In this document: one piece after another, positions 25,455 through 32,000 of the stretch
Position numbering within the stretch: the stretch's first letter is position 1
Layout: each line of letters opens with the position of its first letter
Assembly (NCBI RefSeq): GCF_000260965.1
Contig: NC_017856.1
Span: 180,001-212,000 of the forward strand
From: Methylophaga frappieri
GTDB lineage: Bacteria; Pseudomonadota; Gammaproteobacteria; Nitrosococcales; Methylophagaceae
Direction of reading: 5' to 3'
Length of the DNA: 32,000 bases
The notes under the pieces: generated by a model
What the model was told of the DNA's origin: nothing
Seen by the model: the letters and a program-made list of their open reading frames with translations, nothing else
Database searches by the model: none
Position numbers and translations under genes: made by a program

Positions 25455-25524
25455 AGGGATTAAATTAAGTTCAGAATAACAAAACGTTATTCTATCAAAC
25501 TGTCCCTATCAAGGTACTGAAAAT

Positions 25525-26115
25525 TCAGCGAATTTCATTTGCCGCCAGTTCTGGCAGACTGTCAACGATAATGACCGGCGTGCCATGACTGACATAGCGG
25601 CTGAGTTCAACAATTTCACTATTGCGTAAGGCAATACAGCCTTTTGTCCAATTGCTGATTTCGTGGATTTCCAGCTTTTCTTGAGTCTCGACTCCGATAC
25701 CGTGAATGCCAATCAATCCGCCAAGAACTGTATTTTGAGGCGGTAATTCATTATATAAATGCGCCCCAAGAATGCGTCGATATTGATACCGGTCAATCAT
25801 CCCAGCCTTGAGGGCACGCTTAGCGTCCTCCATATTGGGATAATTCAACTGCATGAATGTGTGAAAAGAATCACTGCTGCGGACTTCGTGGATCCGATAA
25901 TGGCCTTTAGGCGTCAGCCTGTCACCCTCTTGCACCTTTGCGGCGCGCCCACCACTGCCAAATGCGGCGCGAAACGTTTTGATAGTGCGGTTATTTTTTT
26001 TAATCACTAATTTGTTTTGATCGCGAACAATAACAATTTCGACACCATCACTGTTTGCCGTGACAGGGAAACTGACACAAAAACAAAACAATAAAATAAC
26101 CAGACGCCACATCAC
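25525..26115 (-). CDS. L,D-transpeptidase (YkuD domain)
   Basis: Signal peptide MMWRLVILLFCFCVSFPVTA. Catalytic motif GIHG...NWTKGCIALRN. Confidence 0.85.
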   Translation of the reverse strand: MMWRLVILLFCFCVSFPVTANSDGVEIVIVRDQNKLVIKKNNRTIKTFRAAFGSGGRAAKVQEGDRLTPKGHYRIHEVRSSDSFHTFMQLNYPNMEDAKRALKAGMIDRYQYRRILGAHLYNELPPQNTVLGGLIGIHGIGVETQEKLEIHEISNWTKGCIALRNSEIVELSRYVSHGTPVIIVDSLPELAANEIR

Positions 26116-26190
26116 TTTGGCCTTATTAATCGCTGACTTTACGGTATTTTTGGCATAAAACGACTAAAAAGTCACGCCTAAAACCTTAAT

Positions 26191-26994
26191 TTAAATAAAC
26201 AATCTGCTGAGAAGAGAGCCATTATGTCGGTTAATTCGTTGCAAAAAAGCCGTCATCGGTAAAGTTAAGGCTTGCTCTAATTCGATAGCCAAACTCTGTC
26301 GCTGTTTCAGTTGCTTTCGATCTAGCGGTGCGTGACTAGCCAAAGCAATGACATTCCCTTTGTCTGGAACAGGTAACAACACCGACTGATCTTTAAAACT
26401 CAAATTAATACGCTGCATGGTTTGCGTAAACCCATTGCGATCACTGCCCCATAGATTAATACTCATCACACCGCTATCAGTCAGCACTCCGGCACAAGCA
26501 TCGAAAAAAAGTTGTGCGCCAATACCAGCTGACATACCTTCATGGTCGTAAGCATCAACAAAAATCATATCAAATAACGCATGTTGCTCATGAAACCACG
26601 CACTTACCCAGTCGATACCATCGGCATGAATGACGGTAAGATGGTCATTATCTTCAGGGACTGAAAAATATTGCTGTGCGGTTTGAATCACGTCCTGACG
26701 GTATTCAATCACCCAAATTTGACAGTTTGGCCAATGGTGCAATAAAAATTTCACTACCGACCCGCCGCCAAGCCCAATGATGAGTACCCGCTTCGGTTCT
26801 GGCTGCAGAAGTAAAGCCGCCATCATCGCCTGAGTGTACGACAAGATTAATTGATGCGGACGTCTTCGTGACATGCTGCTTTGCTTGGGAAACGTACCAA
26901 AATGCAGCGAGCGAATATCCCCTTCATCAACCACTTCAATAACGCCATCGTCACTCGTTTGTTGCCAAACCAGTCGTCCATCATAAAGCTGCAT
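26191..26994 (-). CDS. spermidine-synthase-like class I SAM-dependent transferase
   Basis: VLIIGLGGGS...VIEYRQDV...DMIFVDAYD, the PABS/methyltransferase fold motifs. Confidence 0.7.
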   Translation of the reverse strand: MQLYDGRLVWQQTSDDGVIEVVDEGDIRSLHFGTFPKQSSMSRRRPHQLILSYTQAMMAALLLQPEPKRVLIIGLGGGSVVKFLLHHWPNCQIWVIEYRQDVIQTAQQYFSVPEDNDHLTVIHADGIDWVSAWFHEQHALFDMIFVDAYDHEGMSAGIGAQLFFDACAGVLTDSGVMSINLWGSDRNGFTQTMQRINLSFKDQSVLLPVPDKGNVIALASHAPLDRKQLKQRQSLAIELEQALTLPMTAFLQRINRHNGSLLSRLFI

Positions 26995-26997
26995 ATT

Positions 26998-27954
26998 TTA
27001 GCGCTGACCCTTTTGTATTAATTGCCGATGTAACCAGCCATGAATCAACCTTGCTACCGAGTCCTCAACACCACGAAAGTCAACACCGGCAGACTCAATA
27101 TGACGCTGGTCAAAGACATATCCATTAGCCTGACGTATCGCAATACGTCGCTGTGACATGACCTGTTGGTATTCAGAATCAAGTCTGCCACCAGTCACTG
27201 TCATGATGGGCAGCTTCGCTTTGGTAAGTAAGTCCATATCAATCTCTAAGGGTGGCGCTATCAGTACAACGGCACTGGCTTTATGAGGCGAAGCATGGAT
27301 CGTTTTTAATGCTGATGCAGCTGATTGACCGTGGGCAATTAAAATTAAATTAGAGGGATTATTCTGTTGTAACCATGCGAGTGCCGCTATCGCTCTATCA
27401 ATGTTACCTGGAGACGTCGACTCAATATTGGCTTCGTCTTTAAGCGGCGATGAATCAATCGTTTGTTCAGCGTCACCCTCAAGATCACTTGAGCTTGCTT
27501 CAGACGCATTTGGGCTGGTTTCCACCGCAGTGGAACCGGCCAAATCTGGCGTTTTTGGTACTAAATCCGTGAACTCCGCATTGTTTAGCGGAATGGTTAA
27601 CGTCTGCCAGCCATGCGCAGGTAAATAATGCCTTATAATTGATAACAGCTTGGCATCTAACTGACTACCAACGTCATGCATCAAGACGATGCTGCCGCGA
27701 AATTGGCCTAATGTTTGTGGTAGATAATGCGCAGCAATGTGCTTCTCCCCAACCAGCAAGGGCACAAGATCTGTCGATTGCGCCTTGATAGTTAATGTTG
27801 TTGGCGGCGAAGCCGAGGACGACCCTGCATTCTGTTGTTCCGCCCACACCGGCGTTAATACCAATGTCATTAATCCGACAAATAAAATCCGGCACGACAA
27901 TTTTTGGTCTCCAAATGTCATTGATAACGCCAAGTATAGGCTAAAGATTAGCAC
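26998..27954 (-). CDS. secreted alpha/beta-hydrolase-fold protein (DUF3530-like, assignment from memory)
   Basis: Signal peptide ...[18 protein letters not shown]. Nucleophile-elbow-like [10 protein letters not shown]. The start is uncertain: GTG at 27954 or ATG at 27921. Confidence 0.55.
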   Translation of the reverse strand: MLIFSLYLALSMTFGDQKLSCRILFVGLMTLVLTPVWAEQQNAGSSSASPPTTLTIKAQSTDLVPLLVGEKHIAAHYLPQTLGQFRGSIVLMHDVGSQLDAKLLSIIRHYLPAHGWQTLTIPLNNAEFTDLVPKTPDLAGSTAVETSPNASEASSSDLEGDAEQTIDSSPLKDEANIESTSPGNIDRAIAALAWLQQNNPSNLILIAHGQSAASALKTIHASPHKASAVVLIAPPLEIDMDLLTKAKLPIMTVTGGRLDSEYQQVMSQRRIAIRQANGYVFDQRHIESAGVDFRGVEDSVARLIHGWLHRQLIQKGQR

Positions 27955-28029
27955 TCACTAAAGCTGAAAGTTGACGTTTTTTACGGTAAAGTAATACGTT
28001 TAAAACTGATAATTACAGAGAGTGATCCC

Positions 28030-28722
28030 ATGGCCGAATTTAAAATCGCCCCGTCTATCCTGTCAGCTGACTTTGCTCGTTTGGGTGAAGAGGTAGTAAA
28101 CGTACTGGCTTCCGGAGCAGATATTGTGCATTTTGACGTAATGGATAACCACTACGTGCCAAACCTGACCATTGGTCCATTGGTCTGCGATGCCTTGCGC
28201 AAACACGGTGTGACAGCAGAAATTGATGTTCATCTCATGGTCAAACCCGTGGATCGAATCATCCCTGATTTTGCCCAAGCTGGCGCCAGTTATATTACTT
28301 TTCATCCAGAAGCGTCAGAACACATTGATCGCAGTCTACAATTAGTCAAAGCTGAAGGTTGTAAGTCTGGTTTAGTATTTAATCCTGCTACCCCGTTATC
28401 GTTAGCTGAACATGTTTTAGATAAGGTTGACCGCATTTTATTGATGTCAGTTAATCCCGGTTTTGGTGGCCAAAAATTCATCCCTCATACATTAGAAAAA
28501 CTGCGCCAAGCTCGCAAAATGATTGATGAAAGTGGCTACGATATCGATTTAGAGATCGATGGTGGCGTCAACGTGAAAAACATTCGTGAAATCGCTGAAG
28601 CAGGCGCGCGGACTTTTGTTGCGGGCAGCGCCGTATTTGGTGCGGCAAAAGCAGATGATCCGAATCAATATGACTCTATTCTTGCTGCCATGCGCGAAGA
28701 ACTTGCCAAAGCAGCTGTGTAA
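28030..28722 (+). CDS. rpe: ribulose-phosphate 3-epimerase
   Basis: [16 protein letters not shown]...[16 protein letters not shown]...[13 protein letters not shown]...DGG, a full-length Rpe match. Confidence 0.95.
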   Translation: MAEFKIAPSILSADFARLGEEVVNVLASGADIVHFDVMDNHYVPNLTIGPLVCDALRKHGVTAEIDVHLMVKPVDRIIPDFAQAGASYITFHPEASEHIDRSLQLVKAEGCKSGLVFNPATPLSLAEHVLDKVDRILLMSVNPGFGGQKFIPHTLEKLRQARKMIDESGYDIDLEIDGGVNVKNIREIAEAGARTFVAGSAVFGAAKADDPNQYDSILAAMREELAKAAV

Positions 28723-28743
28723 GATAGTGACATCCCCAATCTT

Positions 28744-28767
28744 AGCCCGGTGCAAGCCGGGCTTTTT
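28744..28767 (+). terminator. intrinsic terminator after rpe, ending 14 nt before the trpE ATG
   Basis: AGCCCGG-tgcaag-CCGGGCU, a 7-bp stem running into TTTTT. Confidence 0.7.
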
Positions 28768-28781
28768 GTAGAAATGAAGGC

Positions 28782-30278
28782 ATGAAACAGGCAGAATTTG
28801 AACAATTAGCCGCAGAGGGCTACAACCGCATTCCCTTGTCAAGAGAAGTGCTTGCCGATCTGGATACGCCGCTCAGTACGTATCTTAAATTAGCCGATGC
28901 CCCCTACTCTTATTTGTTCGAATCTGTCCAAGGCGGTGAGAAATGGGGCCGCTTCTCAATCATTGGTCTGCCTTGCCATCAAGTTATTCGCATTTATGGG
29001 TCACAAATTCGAATCTATAAAGATAACGAATTGACGCATACGCTGATTGAAGCCGATCCGCTTCGCTGGATTGAAGGTTTTCAGCAATCTTTTCGTGTTG
29101 CTGAAATCGATGGATTGCCGAAGTTTAATGGTGGACTGGTCGGCTATTTTGGTTATGACACGGTACGTTACATTGAATCAAGACTTGGCCATGCCCCTGC
29201 CAGTGACCCACTAGGTTGTCCCGATATTTTACTCATGGTTTCTGATGAGCTGGTCGTATTTGATAATCTCAGTAACTGTTTGTATTTGATTGTACATGCC
29301 GATCCGGCTGTCGAAGGGGCTTATGAACTCGCGCAACAGCGTTTAGATGCCCTTGTCGATCAATTACGCGAAGCAACACCAAAACGAAAAAAAGCATATT
29401 CTGGCAACCAGGTTGATGAACAAGATTTTGTTTCTGGTTTTACCCACGATGGCTTTGTTGATGCGGTTGATAAAGCCAAGCAATACATTACTGACGGCGA
29501 TATCATGCAAGTTGTTTTATCGCAGCGCCTGTCGATTCCCTTTAAAGCGGAGCCCATCGATCTTTATCGTGCTTTACGCACCCTGAATCCGTCACCCTAC
29601 ATGTTTTACCTGCATCTCGATGATTTTCATGTGGTTGGCTCCTCACCAGAAATTCTAGTCAGGATGGAAGATCAAGAAATCACGGTTCGCCCCATTGCTG
29701 GCACGCGCAAGCGAGGCAAAACAGAGGCCGAAGATGTCGCGCTTGAAAATGAGCTACTGGCTGATCCCAAAGAATTGGCTGAGCATTTAATGCTGATTGA
29801 TTTGGGCCGCAATGATATTGGCCGCGTCAGTGAAACCGGCAGCGTCAATTTAACCGATAAAATGGTGATCGAACGTTACTCTCATGTCATGCACATTGTT
29901 TCAAACGTCACCGGTAAATTAAAACCAACGTTCAATGCCATGGATGCGCTTCGAGCTACGTTTCCTGCCGGTACTGTCAGTGGCGCACCGAAAGTTCGGG
30001 CGATGGAGATCATTGATGAGCTAGAGCCTGTTAAGCGTGGCGTTTATGCTGGTGCTGTGGGATATTTATCCTGGACCGGTAACTTGGACACCGCCATCGC
30101 TATTCGTACTGCCGTTATCAAACAGGATCAACTGCATATTCAAGCCGGTGCCGGCATCGTTTACGACTCTGTTCCTGAGTCAGAATGGCAAGAAACAATG
30201 AACAAAGCCAGAGCCGTATTTCGTGCTGTAGCCATGGCTGAAGCCGGCTTGCAACCTCCAACCAGTGACTTGTCGTGA
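28782..30278 (+). CDS. trpE: anthranilate synthase component I
   Basis: N-terminus [48 protein letters not shown] and C-terminal chorismate-binding domain ([19 protein letters not shown]). Confidence 0.95.
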   Translation: MKQAEFEQLAAEGYNRIPLSREVLADLDTPLSTYLKLADAPYSYLFESVQGGEKWGRFSIIGLPCHQVIRIYGSQIRIYKDNELTHTLIEADPLRWIEGFQQSFRVAEIDGLPKFNGGLVGYFGYDTVRYIESRLGHAPASDPLGCPDILLMVSDELVVFDNLSNCLYLIVHADPAVEGAYELAQQRLDALVDQLREATPKRKKAYSGNQVDEQDFVSGFTHDGFVDAVDKAKQYITDGDIMQVVLSQRLSIPFKAEPIDLYRALRTLNPSPYMFYLHLDDFHVVGSSPEILVRMEDQEITVRPIAGTRKRGKTEAEDVALENELLADPKELAEHLMLIDLGRNDIGRVSETGSVNLTDKMVIERYSHVMHIVSNVTGKLKPTFNAMDALRATFPAGTVSGAPKVRAMEIIDELEPVKRGVYAGAVGYLSWTGNLDTAIAIRTAVIKQDQLHIQAGAGIVYDSVPESEWQETMNKARAVFRAVAMAEAGLQPPTSDLS

Positions 30279-30287
30279 GCTGAAAAT

Positions 30288-30869
30288 ATGCTATTAATGA
30301 TCGATAATTACGACTCTTTTACCTATAACCTGGTTCAGTACTTTGCTGAATTAGGTGTCGAAGTCGTTGTTAAACGCAATGACCAGTTAACACTGGCAGA
30401 CATAGACAAATTAAACCCGGATCAGATTGTTATTTCACCCGGACCATGTACGCCGAATGAGGCGGGCATTTCTCTGGAGGTGATTAAACAATTTTCGGGC
30501 AAAAAACCGTTGTTAGGTGTTTGCCTCGGCCATCAGGCTATAGGCCAGGCATTCGGCGGTGATGTTGTTCATGCACGAGAAATCATGCATGGTAAAACCT
30601 CGCAGGTTCACCATCATGACCGGGGCGTCTTCAATGGATTGAATAATCCGCTACAAGCCACTCGCTATCACTCTTTAGTCGTTAAGCAGCAAACTTTACC
30701 AGACTGCTTTGAAATCACGGCTTGGACTGAAAGTCAGCCAGGACAGATTGATGAAATTATGGGCCTGCGCCATAAAACATTACCGGTTGAAGGTGTCCAG
30801 TTTCATCCAGAATCAATTCTGACTGAACAAGGCCATCAATTACTTAAGAATTTTCTGGAGCCCCTCTAA
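30288..30869 (+). CDS. trpG: anthranilate synthase component II (glutamine amidotransferase)
   Basis: [18 protein letters not shown]...GVCLGHQ...QFHPES, the triad GATase motifs. Confidence 0.93.
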   Translation: MLLMIDNYDSFTYNLVQYFAELGVEVVVKRNDQLTLADIDKLNPDQIVISPGPCTPNEAGISLEVIKQFSGKKPLLGVCLGHQAIGQAFGGDVVHAREIMHGKTSQVHHHDRGVFNGLNNPLQATRYHSLVVKQQTLPDCFEITAWTESQPGQIDEIMGLRHKTLPVEGVQFHPESILTEQGHQLLKNFLEPL

Positions 30870-31909
30870 TGAGCGTATTAACGCTTAGTCTGCCGCAAGC
30901 CATAAAACGGGTGATGCAGCGCGATAATCTGACCGATGAAGAGATGACGCAAGTGATGCAGCAAATCATGACGGGGCAGGCAACCGATGCGCAGATTGGG
31001 GGTTTTTTAATTGGACTCGCAATGAAAGGTGAGACGGTTGCTGAGATTACGGCAGCAGCCAAAGTCATGCGTCAACTGGCAACGCCCGTTACGATTCAAA
31101 GCGCCCCCATCATTGATACCTGTGGCACAGGCGGCGATGGCGCCAGTAGTTTTAATGTCTCAACTGCCAGTGCATTTGTTGTCGCCGCGGCAGGTGCCAA
31201 AGTCGCAAAACATGGCAACCGTTCCGTTTCCAGCACGTCGGGCAGCGCGGATGTGCTTGAGGCTGCGGGTGTTAATCTGGATATTAGCCCGGAACAAGTT
31301 GCGCATTGTATCGAAACTGTCGGTATCGGATTTATTTTTGCTCAAAAACATCATGGTGCAATGAAACATGCCATTGCTGCACGTAAAGAAATGGCCGTTC
31401 GTACCATTTTCAATTTGCTTGGCCCGTTAACCAATCCTGCCGGTGCCCCCTATCAAGTGTTAGGGGTTTATGATCGGCAATGGTTACGCCCAGTTGCTGA
31501 GGTGCTCCAGCAACTGGGTAGTCGTCATGTCCTGGTTGTCCATTCAGCAGATGGCATGGATGAAATCAGTATTGGTGCAGAGACAACCATTGCAGAGCTC
31601 AAAGATGGCAAGATCAACGAATACACGATTCAACCCGAAGATTTTGGTCTACAGCGTGCAGATATCACCGCACTTAGTGTCAATAATGTCACGGAAAGTT
31701 TAGCGATGATTCAATCCATCTTTGCAGGGCATTCTGGTCCGGCCAGAGATATTGTTGTCTTAAATGCGGGCGCTGCGATTTATGCCGCTGATTTAAGTGA
31801 CGATCTGGCAAGTGGCATCCAATTAGCACAAAACTTAATCGATAACGGTGTAGCAGCCAAAAAGCTTGATGCACTGATTCAATGCAGTCAGGGACTGACA
31901 AATGAATAG
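30869..31909 (+). CDS. trpD: anthranilate phosphoribosyltransferase
   Basis: DTCGTGGDG...NVSTA...[18 protein letters not shown] motifs. TAATG overlap with the trpG stop. Confidence 0.95.
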   Translation: MSVLTLSLPQAIKRVMQRDNLTDEEMTQVMQQIMTGQATDAQIGGFLIGLAMKGETVAEITAAAKVMRQLATPVTIQSAPIIDTCGTGGDGASSFNVSTASAFVVAAAGAKVAKHGNRSVSSTSGSADVLEAAGVNLDISPEQVAHCIETVGIGFIFAQKHHGAMKHAIAARKEMAVRTIFNLLGPLTNPAGAPYQVLGVYDRQWLRPVAEVLQQLGSRHVLVVHSADGMDEISIGAETTIAELKDGKINEYTIQPEDFGLQRADITALSVNNVTESLAMIQSIFAGHSGPARDIVVLNAGAAIYAADLSDDLASGIQLAQNLIDNGVAAKKLDALIQCSQGLTNE

Positions 31910-32000
31910 TAAGCCCGATATTCTCAACAAAATTCTGCAACGCAAGCAACAGGAAATTGCCGAACGTAACGGTCGCGTTCCATTGCAAAAAATGCAGCAG
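31902..32000 (+). CDS. trpC: indole-3-glycerol-phosphate synthase, 5' fragment (runs off the right edge)
   Basis: [28 protein letters not shown] matches the TrpC N-terminus. 8-nt overlap with the trpD end. Confidence 0.85.
   Translation, partial: MNSKPDILNKILQRKQQEIAERNGRVPLQKMQQ

Noticed and set aside
28586-28781. Trp leader peptide or classical attenuator upstream of trpE (including the 61-aa ORF at 28586-28771)
   Set aside because: There are no Trp codons, tandem or single, in a short leader ORF. The spacer is only 59 nt, and the 61-aa ORF is an out-of-frame overlap of the rpe 3' end.
31689-31988. 99-aa minus-strand ORF across the trpD/trpC junction
   Set aside because: It is antisense to two confidently identified trp genes.
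1-32000. Window-wide scan for CRISPR arrays, tRNA/rRNA genes, transposases, integrases, phage genes and long direct repeats
   Set aside because: I saw no regularly spaced repeats, cloverleaf-compatible intergenic segments or recombinase-like ORFs. Intergenic regions are short and are accounted for by promoters and terminators. The scan was by eye only, so short or degenerate elements could have been missed.

Overview
This window looks like a chromosomal segment from a moderate-GC Gammaproteobacterium. That placement rests on protein similarity to Pseudomonas/Thiotrichales-type TrpE, CmoA/B and OhrR, judged by eye only. Most of it is ordinary core genome. On the left are a YqaA/DedA-type membrane protein and msrA. 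On the right are tsaB-cmoA-cmoB, ygiQ, an L,D-transpeptidase, a spermidine-synthase-like gene, rpe and trpE-trpG-trpD-trpC'. The middle (about 1.8-20.7 kb) is more accessory in character. (1) An iron-uptake island with two regulatory layers: an AraC-type regulator sits divergent from a TonB-dependent receptor, followed by two small membrane proteins and a PepSY-TM protein, and a Fur-box-controlled fecI-fecR-STN-receptor cascade converges on them. (2) A solitary classic-clade AAA ATPase with a roughly 340-aa N-terminal region I cannot assign, followed by a secreted protein. (3) An ion-channel neighbourhood: MscS, an ohrR with no ohr gene, a two-gene membrane operon of unknown function, and a BacNav-type voltage-gated channel whose selectivity filter (TFEDWTD) is acidic and calcium-channel-like. 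I found no CRISPR array, tRNA/rRNA gene, transposase or integrase. The best candidates for something undescribed are the orphan AAA ATPase cassette (11958-14617) and the unknown membrane-protein pair divergent from the unusual BacNav channel (16656-18759). Both calls are inference from sequence reading and need database and structure searches.
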